From Campylobacterota bacterium (GTDB lineage Bacteria > Campylobacterota > Campylobacteria > Campylobacterales > Arcobacteraceae): a stretch of DNA of 64,000 nucleotides. The stretch covers positions 1 to 64,000 of the forward strand of contig JBNJFB010000003.1 in the NCBI GenBank assembly GCA_051746405.1. Direction: 5' to 3'. Positions within the stretch are counted from its first letter, which is position 1. Each line of letters starts with the position of its first letter. A program made the translations under genes and the position numbers. The notes under the pieces are model-generated. The model searched no databases and was not told the origin of the DNA. It worked only from the letters and a program-made list of their open reading frames with translations. Below are positions 10,338-20,300 of this stretch, in pieces.

Positions 10338-11006
10338 GTGATGATTAAAAAACATTATGAGTTTTCATTTTGGCTTAGGGTTACTCACTGGGTACGAGCC
10401 ATAGCAATTGTTGTTTTAACCTTTACAGGTTTTTATCTTGCTATTCCTTTTATCTCATCTGCATTAAATCAAGGAGAACCTAATAATTTCCTATATGCAC
10501 TTATGAGGTCATGGCATGTAATTATTGGCTTTCTTCTAATATGTGTGACCATTGGAAAGTTTTATATCTTTATTTTTGATAAGCAAAGTAAAGTAGAAAG
10601 AGTCTCTTTTTTTGATTTTATTAATCCAAAAGTTTGGGTAAAGCAGATTAAATACTATTTATTAATAGGCAGACATGCAAAACTAAAAGGGGTTTATAAC
10701 CCTTTACAGTTTGTTGCATATTTAGGTGTATATATTGCACTAGTTGTAATGATTATTACAGGATTGATACTATATATTCATGTATATCATGAAGGTTTAG
10801 GTGGGTTTTTGTATGAGTATTTAAGACCATTAGAAGCTATAATGGGTGGTTTAGCATGGGTTAGACAACTACATCATATTGCAATGTGGTTCTTTATTAT
10901 ATTTTTACCAATACATATATATCTTGCAGTTTTTAACTCTATTTATGGAAAAAGTGGGGCTATGGATTCTATTATTTCAGGTTATAAATGGGAGCAGAAG
11001 CATTAG
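10338..11006 (+). CDS. hydC: Hydrogenase b-type cytochrome subunit (copy 2)
   Basis: RVTHW, RSWH, YNPLQ, LHH and HIY motifs; four TM helices. Confidence 0.93.
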   Translation: MMIKKHYEFSFWLRVTHWVRAIAIVVLTFTGFYLAIPFISSALNQGEPNNFLYALMRSWHVIIGFLLICVTIGKFYIFIFDKQSKVERVSFFDFINPKVWVKQIKYYLLIGRHAKLKGVYNPLQFVAYLGVYIALVVMIITGLILYIHVYHEGLGGFLYEYLRPLEAIMGGLAWVRQLHHIAMWFFIIFLPIHIYLAVFNSIYGKSGAMDSIISGYKWEQKH

Positions 11007-11007
11007 T

Positions 11008-11568
11008 ATGAAAAAGAGTTTTTTAATACTTGGAATAGGAAATATTCTATTTCAAGATGAGGGAATTGGTGCACATTTTGTTCACTATATAGATGAAAAG
11101 TATGATTTTAGAAGTAGTGATTATGAGGTTGTAATAATCGATGGGGGAACTTTGGCCCAAAGGTTAATACCTGAAATTATAAAACATCATGAGATTGTAG
11201 TAATTGATTGTATAGATGCTTCAGACTCTAAGCCAGGTGATGTTTATTTTTTTGATTATAAACAAGTACCCTCAAATATAAATTGGCAAGGAAGTGCCCA
11301 TGAAGTAGAGATGTTACAAACTTTAAATATGATAGATATGAATAAAGACTTACCTAACACACATATTCTTGGGGTTGTACCAAAAAGAGTTGCAGATGAC
11401 ACAACTTTTGAATTAAGCAGTGAAATTATAAGGGCAATTGATACTATGGAAGATAGATTAAAAAAACACATAAAATCTCATAGAATAGATTTAGAAATAA
11501 GAAATTCAAATACTTCAATCAAACAAATTGCATATGAGTCTTTTAAAAGAGAGATTATTCACTCTTAA
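11008..11568 (+). CDS. hydD: Hydrogenase maturation endopeptidase (copy 2)
   Basis: GIGNILFQDEGIG, IDGGT, SAHE; probable start ATG 11008 just after the hydC2 stop. Confidence 0.92.
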   Translation: MKKSFLILGIGNILFQDEGIGAHFVHYIDEKYDFRSSDYEVVIIDGGTLAQRLIPEIIKHHEIVVIDCIDASDSKPGDVYFFDYKQVPSNINWQGSAHEVEMLQTLNMIDMNKDLPNTHILGVVPKRVADDTTFELSSEIIRAIDTMEDRLKKHIKSHRIDLEIRNSNTSIKQIAYESFKREIIHS

Positions 11569-11637
11569 AACAGAAAATAAACATAGTTTTCAGTAGAATA
11601 TATTTTAATAAAATTGTTTAAGAATAGTTGGTGAATT

Positions 11638-13866
11638 ATGGTAAATAAAAAATTAGAAGTAACAGGAGTAGTCCAAGGAGTTGGATTTAGACCGTATGTA
11701 TATAATCTTGCTTTAAAATATGATATTAAAGGTTGGGTAAACAATGACAGTAATGGAGTAAATATAGCTCTTTATTGTTCAATTAAAAACTTTGAAAAGT
11801 TTTTACTTGAGCTTAAAACAAATCCACCAAAACTTGCAAGAGTTGACTCTATAAAAATAAAAAATCAACAAAAAAAGATTTACTCTACTTTCCAAATTAA
11901 AAAAAGTACAAACTCCAAAAGTAAAACAACTATGATATCTCCTGATATGTCTATTTGTGATGAGTGTATTTTAGATATAAATGATAAAGATAACTTTAGA
12001 TACAACTATGCACTTACAAACTGTACAAACTGCGGTCCTAGGTACTCTATTATAGAAACAGTACCATATGATAGATGTAATACTTCAATGAAAGATTTTA
12101 ATTTATGTCCTTTGTGTAAACAAGAGTATAAAAACCCTACTAATAGAAGATATCATGCCCAGCCTGTTGCTTGTGAAAAATGTGGTCCAAAAATTAGTTT
12201 ATATGATAATAAAAACTGTTTAATAAAAAATGATATAGAAGCAATTAAAAACTTAGCAAAGCTAATAAACCAAGGAGATATAGTAGCTCTCAAAGGTTTA
12301 GGTGGTTTTCATATAGTCTGCGATGCATTAAATGAAAAGGTTGTAAGCAGTTTAAGACAAAGAAAAAATAGACCTAAAAAACCATTTGCTGTGATGTTTA
12401 AAAATCTTGATGAGGTAAGAAAATATACAAAACCTACTAAAAAAGAGCTTGAGTGTTTAAACTCAAAAGAAAAGCCAATAGTTTTACTTAAAAGTAGTAA
12501 TAGTTTTAAATTAAGTAAGAGTGTCTGTGTTGATATTAGTAAAATAGGCTGCTTTTTGCCTTATACTGCATTACATCATATTTTATTTAGATACTTAAAT
12601 AATCCAATAGTTGCAACTAGTGCAAACTTAAAAGATGAGCCAATTATAAAATCTAAAGATGAGTTAATTCAAAAGTTAGGGTTTGTTGTGGATTATGTAT
12701 TAGATTTCAATAGAGAGATTATAAACTCATGTGATGATTCTGTAATGCAAGTGATAAATGAAGATATCTGTAAACTAAGAAATGCAAGAGGTTATGCTCC
12801 AACACTCATAAAGCTAAATAAAAAAATAGATAAAAAAGTTTTAGCTTTAGGGGCAAATCAAAAATCAACAATAACAATAGTATTTGAAGATAATCTAATA
12901 CTATCTCCATATATAGGTGATTTAAACACTATTGAATCAGTTGAGTACTTTGAAAGGACAATACAGAGTTTTAAAAGATTTTATGAGTTTGAACCTGATA
13001 TTGTAGTTTGTGATAATCATCCAAACTATGAAAGTACTAAGTGGGCAAAAGATAATTATGCTGATAAACTAGTACAAGTTCAACACCACTATAGCCATAT
13101 ATTATCAACAATGGCAGAGTACAAACTAAATAAAAAAGTTTTAGGAATAGCCTTCGATGGTACAGGCTTTGGTGATGATGGAAATATCTGGGGTGGTGAA
13201 GTTTTTATTTGTGACAAAAAATCATATAAAAGAGAGTATCACATAGAGTATTTTAAACTTCTAGGAGCACAAAAAGCAATAAAAGAGCCTAAAAGAGTAG
13301 CTTTATCTATGCTATTTGATATATATAGTAAGCAAGAGGTAAAGAGAATAAATGCAGAAGTTTTAAAAGCATTTGATGAAAAAGAGATTGAGTTATATTA
13401 TACAATGCACCAAAAAGATTTAAATAGCATACTTACAAGCTCTATGGGAAGAGTATTTGATGGGGTTGCAAGTTTAGCAAATATAGCTCATATACAAAGT
13501 TATGAAGGGCAAACAGGACTTTTATTAGAAGAGTATTATAATGAAAATATCAAAGAGTCTTATGGGTTTGAAATAGACAATGGTATTATAAATATAAAAC
13601 AGATGATTAAGCAAATTATATATGATAATAATAAAGAGTTAATTGCAACAAAGTTTATAAATACAATAGTAAAGCTTATAGTAAAACTTTCAAAAAAACA
13701 CGAAGAGTTACCTGTGATATTAAGTGGGGGAGTATTTCAAAACCAAACCCTTTTAACTGTAGTATTAAAAGAGTTAAAAAATAAGAATATAGAAGTATAC
13801 TTTTCAAAGCAGATACCTTTAAATGATGAGGGCATCTCTGTAGGGCAAGCTTATCATACTTTATAA
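11638..13866 (+). CDS. hypF: Carbamoyltransferase HypF
   Basis: GVVQGVGFRP acylphosphatase motif, CxxC zinc fingers, KGLGGFH, HHYSH, DGTGFG, SGGVFQN. Confidence 0.97.
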   Translation: MVNKKLEVTGVVQGVGFRPYVYNLALKYDIKGWVNNDSNGVNIALYCSIKNFEKFLLELKTNPPKLARVDSIKIKNQQKKIYSTFQIKKSTNSKSKTTMISPDMSICDECILDINDKDNFRYNYALTNCTNCGPRYSIIETVPYDRCNTSMKDFNLCPLCKQEYKNPTNRRYHAQPVACEKCGPKISLYDNKNCLIKNDIEAIKNLAKLINQGDIVALKGLGGFHIVCDALNEKVVSSLRQRKNRPKKPFAVMFKNLDEVRKYTKPTKKELECLNSKEKPIVLLKSSNSFKLSKSVCVDISKIGCFLPYTALHHILFRYLNNPIVATSANLKDEPIIKSKDELIQKLGFVVDYVLDFNREIINSCDDSVMQVINEDICKLRNARGYAPTLIKLNKKIDKKVLALGANQKSTITIVFEDNLILSPYIGDLNTIESVEYFERTIQSFKRFYEFEPDIVVCDNHPNYESTKWAKDNYADKLVQVQHHYSHILSTMAEYKLNKKVLGIAFDGTGFGDDGNIWGGEVFICDKKSYKREYHIEYFKLLGAQKAIKEPKRVALSMLFDIYSKQEVKRINAEVLKAFDEKEIELYYTMHQKDLNSILTSSMGRVFDGVASLANIAHIQSYEGQTGLLLEEYYNENIKESYGFEIDNGIINIKQMIKQIIYDNNKELIATKFINTIVKLIVKLSKKHEELPVILSGGVFQNQTLLTVVLKELKNKNIEVYFSKQIPLNDEGISVGQAYHTL

Positions 13867-13914
13867 GTTTAAATAGTAAAGTATGTTAAAATAGAGTAAA
13901 AACAAGGTGCATAA

Positions 13915-14331
13915 ATGATAAGAACAACACATGAAATATCAAATGAAGATGGATATATTAAGTATAATTTATTTGAGATACACCCAGATTTAGAAGCTAT
14001 AATAGCTGATGATCACTATACATACAATACAAATGAGTATAATAAACAAGAGTATTGTGAAAAAATGTATAAAGAAAACTTCTATGATAAATATGATAAA
14101 GATATTTATAAAGAGGCTTATGAAAAGTATATAAATAATGAAAAGTTTAAAGAAAAAGCTATGTTTGTTTATAGCATAATTGATTATGAAAAGTATAAGC
14201 AGTTTGTAGAGTTAAATGATACAATTGAAAATCCAAATGAGCTTACATTAACATATAGTATTTTAGATAGTAGTGGAGTTAGGGTACAGCTATATAAATT
14301 AACTATCTCTGATATTGCTTTTGTATTCTAG
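13915..14331 (+). CDS. Hypothetical acidic, Tyr-rich protein
   Basis: 138-aa ORF with AAGG RBS; no motif recognised. Confidence 0.6.
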   Translation: MIRTTHEISNEDGYIKYNLFEIHPDLEAIIADDHYTYNTNEYNKQEYCEKMYKENFYDKYDKDIYKEAYEKYINNEKFKEKAMFVYSIIDYEKYKQFVELNDTIENPNELTLTYSILDSSGVRVQLYKLTISDIAFVF

Positions 14332-14437
14332 GTATATAAATTAATTATATAAAAATTTTATATAAGTTACAACATAGTTACATAAAAAATTAACTTACGT
14401 TTAGATAAAATTTTAAATATTTTATTTAAGGGGAATT

Positions 14438-15784
14438 ATGAGCTCTTCAAGATTTACAAGAATAGGTTTTATTCTTGCAGCAGTTGGTTCTGCTGTTGGA
14501 TTAGGGAATGTATGGAAGTTTCCATACGTTACAGGTGAGTATGGGGGAGGTGCTTTTGTAATATTGTATCTTTTTACAGCACTATTTATAGGTGTATTTG
14601 TACTTATATCAGAGTTACTAATAGGTAAACTTGGAAGAAGTGATGCTGTTAGTATGTTTGAAAATTTAGCAACAAAACATAAAAATATATGGAAATATGC
14701 TGGATTTTTGGTAATAGTGCCATTGATTATTTTATCTTACTACTCTGTTGTTATTGGATGGATTTTTCATTATATAGTTTTATCATTTGAAAAACTACCA
14801 TCAACTGTTAAAGAGTCAACTGATAACTTTATGACACTTCTACAAGCAGATTATCAAACTCAAATATTTTATCATACTATAGTGTTTGTTTTAGTTACTG
14901 CTATTATTTTAAGGGGTGTTAAAAATGGGATTGAAAAGATAAATAAAATATTAATGCCTTTACTTGGTGTTATCTTAGCTATACTGTTTATTTATTCAAT
15001 AAATGTGGATGCATTTGGTGATGCTGTTCATTTTATGTTTAATCCTGACTTTTCAAAAATCACATCAACAGCTGTTATTGCAGCAATTGGACAGGCTTTT
15101 TATACACTATCTTTAGGTATGGCTATTATTATTACTTACGCAGCATCCCTACCAAAAGATTCAAATATAGCAAAATCTGCTATTACGATTTCTATTATTG
15201 ATACTATGGTTGCAATTGTAGCTGGACTTATTATTTTTACACTTCTTTTTGATAAGGGTGCTGAATCAACAAAGGGTGCTGGATTAGTATTTATTTCTCT
15301 TCCATCAGTATTTTATGAGTTTGGTGAAATAGGGCAGTTTTTATCGATTCTATTTTTTATAGCAATTGCTTTTGCAGGTATTACATCAGCAATTTCAATG
15401 ATGGAACCAGCCGTACACTACTTAATACAAAGATTTAAACTAACAAGAGCTAAAGCTGCATTGATTTGTAGTGTATTCTTTTATACTTTGGGTATGGTAA
15501 CACTATTTTCAAATATAAGTGAATTTGCACCAGCTTTACAAGTTGGAGATAAGAGTTTCTTTGATTGGGTTGATTTTGTATGTTTTACTGTACTTGTACC
15601 AATTGGTGGGATTTTAGTTGTTGTTTTTGTTGGTTACTATATGGATAAAGATGAGATTAAAAAAGAGCTAACTCCAATAATGGGAAAATTTTTAGTAAAA
15701 GTATGGTTTTTTATGGTAAGACTTGTAATTCCAATAGCACTAATAGCTGTTATTTTAAATGAAACGGGAATTTTTAAGTTTTAA
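14438..15784 (+). CDS. Sodium-dependent transporter, NSS/SNF family
   Basis: GSAVGLGNVWKFPY...GGGAF signature; about 11 TM helices. Confidence 0.95.
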   Translation: MSSSRFTRIGFILAAVGSAVGLGNVWKFPYVTGEYGGGAFVILYLFTALFIGVFVLISELLIGKLGRSDAVSMFENLATKHKNIWKYAGFLVIVPLIILSYYSVVIGWIFHYIVLSFEKLPSTVKESTDNFMTLLQADYQTQIFYHTIVFVLVTAIILRGVKNGIEKINKILMPLLGVILAILFIYSINVDAFGDAVHFMFNPDFSKITSTAVIAAIGQAFYTLSLGMAIIITYAASLPKDSNIAKSAITISIIDTMVAIVAGLIIFTLLFDKGAESTKGAGLVFISLPSVFYEFGEIGQFLSILFFIAIAFAGITSAISMMEPAVHYLIQRFKLTRAKAALICSVFFYTLGMVTLFSNISEFAPALQVGDKSFFDWVDFVCFTVLVPIGGILVVVFVGYYMDKDEIKKELTPIMGKFLVKVWFFMVRLVIPIALIAVILNETGIFKF

Positions 15785-15801
15785 ACTGTAGAGTTTAATA
15801 G

Positions 15802-15831
15802 ATATAAAAAGAGTTTTAACTCTTTTTATAT
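15802..15831. terminator. Bidirectional terminator between convergent genes
   Basis: ATATAAAAAGAGTT-TT-AACTCTTTTTATAT inverted repeat. Confidence 0.65.
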
Positions 15832-16125
15832 ATCAGCTGGCTGTTGCTTTAAAGATTTATCAATTAAAATAAATCCAAAAGGTATTAGCGAGTAGATAAA
15901 ATATTTAGTTGAAAGCTTCAAGCTCCAGTTACATCTTTTGAAAGCTTCAAATAAAAAAATACAAAACAGTATAAATAAAACACCATGTCCCATACCTACT
16001 ATTTTAACAGGATATGGATTTTCACCTATATATTTTATTGGCATTGCAATAAAAACTAAAATTAAATATGATAATCCCTCTAAAAGTGATATAATTCTAA
16101 ACCTAATGTATGAACTTTTTAACAT
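15826..16125 (-). CDS. DUF3817-type small membrane protein
   Basis: FRIISLLEGLSY...GMGHGVLF...SLIPFG pattern; three TM helices; AAGGA RBS. Confidence 0.85.
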   Translation of the reverse strand: MLKSSYIRFRIISLLEGLSYLILVFIAMPIKYIGENPYPVKIVGMGHGVLFILFCIFLFEAFKRCNWSLKLSTKYFIYSLIPFGFILIDKSLKQQPADI

Positions 16126-16220
16126 TCTTGTCCTTTAAAATTGATTTTGAAATTATATGCTAGAATTGTTTACAGAAAGTTAATAAAAATATTAAGTAAG
16201 AACTTTAATAGAGGTTTAAT

Positions 16221-16298
16221 ATGAATACAAATAAGATAATTTTTGCTTTATTGGTTTTATATATATTAGCAGATGTGGTACATACATACTTTTTTTAA
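16221..16298 (+). CDS. Putative 25-aa single-TM peptide MNTNKIIFALLVLYILADVVHTYFF (below ORF-track cutoff)
   Basis: AGAGG RBS 6 nt upstream, hydrophobic core, ends 19 nt before the GGDEF gene. Confidence 0.4.
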   Translation: MNTNKIIFALLVLYILADVVHTYFF

Positions 16299-16317
16299 AA
16301 TAACATATAGGATTTAA

Positions 16318-17142
16318 ATGAGAAAAGAAGAGATTGAAACAATAATAGAGAATGAAACCTTAGAGAGTTTAGATATTGATACTATAAATATTTTTGCATA
16401 TGATAAAAAAGAGTTAAAAAAGTATATCAAAACTTCAAAAACTCCTTATTCAAATATCTTAACAGTCTTAATTCATTCACAACTATCTGAAACTACAGCA
16501 AAGCATGTTTGGAAAGATATAGTAAAGCACTTAAAAAAATTAGAAAAACAGCTTCATAGAAAAGTTGGCATAATAGTAGCAACAGTAGATTACATGCATA
16601 ATATTAAAAAAACAAAATCAAAACTAAAAATAATTTCAGAGGATAATTTTGATTCAATATCTGAAATAGCAACAAAAGATGAGTTAACAAAACTATATGA
16701 CAGGGATGTATTAGAAATATTTTTAGAAAAGGTTAATGAAAAAGCCATAAGAGAGAAATCAAATTATTCATTTATGATGTTTGATATTGATGATTTTAAA
16801 GTAGTAAATGATACACACGGTCATCAAAAAGGAGATGAAGTACTAGCAAAGATAAGTGATATCTTAACTTCAAATATAAGAAAAATGGATATAGCCTTTA
16901 GATATGGAGGAGAAGAGTTATGTGCTATTTTCCCAGATGCTAATAAAGACCAAGCTTATGAAATAGCAGAAAAAATAAGAAAAAAAATCCAAGAAGAGTA
17001 TGAAAATAGTTTAAAAACTACTGTGAGTGTTGGAGTTTGTGATAATAGTGAGTCAAATGACACTCAAGATATTATTAAAAAAGCAGATGAGCTTCTATAT
17101 GAAGCAAAAGAGTCAGGAAAGAATAAAACAATAAAAAATTAA
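16318..17142 (+). CDS. Cytoplasmic diguanylate cyclase
   Basis: DIDDFKVVNDTHGHQKGD, RKMD I-site, RYGGEEL A-site; uncharacterised N-terminal helical domain. Confidence 0.9.
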   Translation: MRKEEIETIIENETLESLDIDTINIFAYDKKELKKYIKTSKTPYSNILTVLIHSQLSETTAKHVWKDIVKHLKKLEKQLHRKVGIIVATVDYMHNIKKTKSKLKIISEDNFDSISEIATKDELTKLYDRDVLEIFLEKVNEKAIREKSNYSFMMFDIDDFKVVNDTHGHQKGDEVLAKISDILTSNIRKMDIAFRYGGEELCAIFPDANKDQAYEIAEKIRKKIQEEYENSLKTTVSVGVCDNSESNDTQDIIKKADELLYEAKESGKNKTIKN

Positions 17143-17152
17143 AGATAAATCA

Positions 17153-18145
17153 ATGATAAAAACAAATAAATATACATTTACAAAATTTTCTATTCCTAAT
17201 CAAAAGAATCTATATCACCACAAAGAGAAACTTCTTGATTTTGGGCTCTATTTTAATTCTAAGAATCAAGAGTATATAAATAGATATGAGCTATCAATTA
17301 CAACTCGAAGTGAACTTCTTGAGTATATAAATAACAATGAATTAATATTTAAACAAGAGGATATACACCTAGATGATATTGAAAGTAAAATTGCTAGTTT
17401 ATATACAATATCCCCAATAGATAAAAATACTTTTGCAATTAAAAATAGAAGAAATGATAAAAAAGTAATAATAATAGCTATATATGAATCAATGGAAACA
17501 AATATAATTAATATCTTAGATGTTGTTCATGGAGAGTATTTCAAAATAAAAAAAAGTGTTTCAAAAAATAGTAGTAATTATCTACTTGAAGTATTTAAAA
17601 TTCTAAATGATAATGCAGAAAAATATAAAAAAGATTTTCCAGCTTTTGATATACCAAATCTTCTACAAATACTTGGTATTTTATTAGTTGATTATGATAA
17701 AGATTATAGTCATCAAGCGATGGTTAAGAAGTTTAAGTTTGCTACAATAAATAAAATAGGTAAAAAAAATCAAAAAGTTTTTTTATGCAACTGTGTAAAA
17801 GGATTTTTTTGTGAAACAAACTTCTATTTACTTAATGAAAAAATAATAAGTGACTTTAGTAATAATCCTATTAACTACTCTCAAGAGATGAAAGTTTGGA
17901 AATATTTATACTCAAATAAACAATATGTAGCTAAAAGAAAAGAACCAAATCTTTATGAGTTGTTTGTAAATCAAAAAATACCATTAATCTTCCCTGATGG
18001 CTATGAAACTAAAGTGCTAATAAAAAGTGTAAAAAATAGAAATAATGGCATTGAGGTGACAGTTTTTGATGGAGTAAAAAATCAAAAAATTAATAGACTC
18101 TTTTCAAAAGATGAACTTCTTGATAAGATTAAAGCTGCAAGGTAA
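17153..18145 (+). CDS. Hypothetical protein
   Basis: 330-aa ORF 10 nt after the DGC gene; no family recognised. Confidence 0.65.
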   Translation: MIKTNKYTFTKFSIPNQKNLYHHKEKLLDFGLYFNSKNQEYINRYELSITTRSELLEYINNNELIFKQEDIHLDDIESKIASLYTISPIDKNTFAIKNRRNDKKVIIIAIYESMETNIINILDVVHGEYFKIKKSVSKNSSNYLLEVFKILNDNAEKYKKDFPAFDIPNLLQILGILLVDYDKDYSHQAMVKKFKFATINKIGKKNQKVFLCNCVKGFFCETNFYLLNEKIISDFSNNPINYSQEMKVWKYLYSNKQYVAKRKEPNLYELFVNQKIPLIFPDGYETKVLIKSVKNRNNGIEVTVFDGVKNQKINRLFSKDELLDKIKAAR

Positions 18146-18155
18146 AAAAGAAGCG

Positions 18156-20012
18156 TTATGCTTCTTTTACTGATATCTCCTTGGCTTTTACTTTATCTTT
18201 GCCAATAAACTCTTTATCATTTGTATTTGAAATAACAAGTTTAGCGATTTTATCTGTTTGAACTGCTATATTATATGTTTGACTTGCTATCATTGCATTT
18301 TGTTGGGTTTGTCTATCTAGTGAGTTAACAGCATCATTTATTTGCTCAATTCCTGATACTTGCTCTTTACTTGATGACTCCACATCTTTTATGATACTAG
18401 TAGTTTTTGAGATATCTGAACTTAATGTTTTATAGCCTTGTATCATATCTTGTGATATTTTTCTACCTTTATCTGCTTTTTTTGTAGCACTTTCAACTAA
18501 TGTTTTTATCTCATTTGCAGCTTCTGCACTTCTATTTGCAAGGTTTCTAACTTCACCTGCAACCACTGCAAAACCTTTTCCAGCTTCACCTGCTGTTGCT
18601 GCTTCTACTGCTGCGTTTAGACTTAAGATATTTGTTTGGAATGCAATATTATCAATAACAGTTATTGCTTCATTTATTGAGTTTACTTCATTATCTATTT
18701 CATTCATTGCATCTGTTGTTTCATTTGCTAATGTTTGACCTTTTGAAACTGAGCTAGTAACACTTGTAGCAAGGGTTGACATTTGGACAATATTGTTTGT
18801 ATTACTTGATATATTACTTGTTATTTGCTCTATTGCAGCTGCTGTCTCTTCTAGTGAAGCTGCTGCTTCATTTGAGTTTTTATTTAATGTATCCACATTT
18901 TTAAGTAGTATTTCACTACTTTCACCTAATGTTAAACCATTTGATTTATTCTCTACTAACATCTCATTTATAATATCAGCTAGATTATTTAGTCCTACAG
19001 TTACATCACTATTGCACCCTTTTATTCTATGGGTGAAATCTAGCTTGGCATACTTTTTTAGTGCATAAGATATGTCATTTACATTTGTACAAACTCTAAG
19101 TTGAAGGCTTTGTAACATATCATTTATCTGTTTTCTTAGCTGTTCTAGGTTTTGTGTTTGTGTTTCATTTTCTAATCTTTTATTTAAGAAACCATCTTTT
19201 ATTGTATCAACTATAGCTGTTATCTCTTCTAAGAACTTATTGTCTGATTCAATTGTCTCTTTTGATTTTATAATATTTTTATTTATTGTTTTTGTCATTT
19301 CACCAAACTCATCATCTGATGATTCATCTAAAAGCTTCACATCATCTGTCTCTTTATTGATGTATGCAAAGAATTTTAATAAACCTTTTTGGAACTCTTT
19401 AATCTCTTTTATTAGTTCATTTGAAATAAGTTGAGATACAATAATGAATAGAATTATAGATATGATAATAATTGCAAGTAGAGCATTTTGCATATTATTT
19501 TTGGCTTCTTGTTTTAGTACAGTTGCATTTTTATTGATTTGTGCAAGCTCTTTTTCTAAAGATAAACCTATATTAACCATCTGTTTTATTATGGCTAAAG
19601 TCTCATGACCCTCTTGAAAAATGCCATTGTTATGCTCTTTTATTTTTTTAAGATAAAATTTATCAAAATTCTCTATATATTTATTAGATAATTTTAATAT
19701 ATCTTTTGTAAGTTTAATATTCTGTTTTTTATCTAGTAGTGGTTGTAACTGTCTTACTGAATTATCAAGCTCTTTAAAGCTTTCTCTAACTTTTTGAGCA
19801 GTTTGTTCATTTGGTGTTCTTAAAAACTGATAGACTGTTATTCTTCCTTTTAAAACCTTTTGGATGAATATATTTGTTTGTACTGCTACATCTGATCTTT
19901 TTTGTGAAGTAGAGTTGAAGTAGTTGTATATAAATATGGAAATAATAACCATAATTAAGAAAAATACAGGTAGTACAAGCAGCTTCTTTCTTGTTGACAT
20001 ATCTTTAAGCAT
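18156..20012 (-). CDS. Methyl-accepting chemotaxis protein
   Basis: Two TM helices flanking a helical periplasmic sensor; [37 protein letters not shown] signalling hairpin. Confidence 0.96.
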   Translation of the reverse strand: MLKDMSTRKKLLVLPVFFLIMVIISIFIYNYFNSTSQKRSDVAVQTNIFIQKVLKGRITVYQFLRTPNEQTAQKVRESFKELDNSVRQLQPLLDKKQNIKLTKDILKLSNKYIENFDKFYLKKIKEHNNGIFQEGHETLAIIKQMVNIGLSLEKELAQINKNATVLKQEAKNNMQNALLAIIIISIILFIIVSQLISNELIKEIKEFQKGLLKFFAYINKETDDVKLLDESSDDEFGEMTKTINKNIIKSKETIESDNKFLEEITAIVDTIKDGFLNKRLENETQTQNLEQLRKQINDMLQSLQLRVCTNVNDISYALKKYAKLDFTHRIKGCNSDVTVGLNNLADIINEMLVENKSNGLTLGESSEILLKNVDTLNKNSNEAAASLEETAAAIEQITSNISSNTNNIVQMSTLATSVTSSVSKGQTLANETTDAMNEIDNEVNSINEAITVIDNIAFQTNILSLNAAVEAATAGEAGKGFAVVAGEVRNLANRSAEAANEIKTLVESATKKADKGRKISQDMIQGYKTLSSDISKTTSIIKDVESSSKEQVSGIEQINDAVNSLDRQTQQNAMIASQTYNIAVQTDKIAKLVISNTNDKEFIGKDKVKAKEISVKEA

Positions 20013-20049
20013 AATAACCCCTTAGTTAAATATTTTACAAGATTATTAT

Positions 20050-20069
20050 AGTGTCACAAAAATGACACT
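20050..20069. promoter_or_regulatory. Palindrome AGTGTCA-N6-TGACACT abutting the MCP -10 box
   Basis: 7-bp arms; minus-strand TATAAT at 20045-20050. Confidence 0.4.
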
Positions 20070-20260
20070 TAAAAAGACATATTTTATATACAAAGTAATA
20101 AAAAAGTATCTGAAATGTTACTTTTATACATACATATATAATTTTTTATTTTAATTAATATAAGTAAAGCTTTTGGTGTATATTGTAAATGGTTCCAAAA
20201 TTATATAAGTTTTTTAAAAAATTAGATTAGTTTTAGTTGATTTAAGATAAACTTTTTAAA

Positions 20261-20276
20261 ATGAACATTTATTCAT
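20261..20276. promoter_or_regulatory. Operator ATGAACATTTATTCAT upstream of hypB
   Basis: Same palindrome as before hydA1 and hydA2, just downstream of a possible -10 TAAACT (20248-20253). Confidence 0.6.
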
Positions 20277-20300
20277 AAAATAGACTTAAAAGGAAGAAAT

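Noticed and set aside
14333..14365. TATATAAAAATTTTATATA palindrome
   Set aside because: Pure A/T low-complexity sequence, expected by chance at this base composition.
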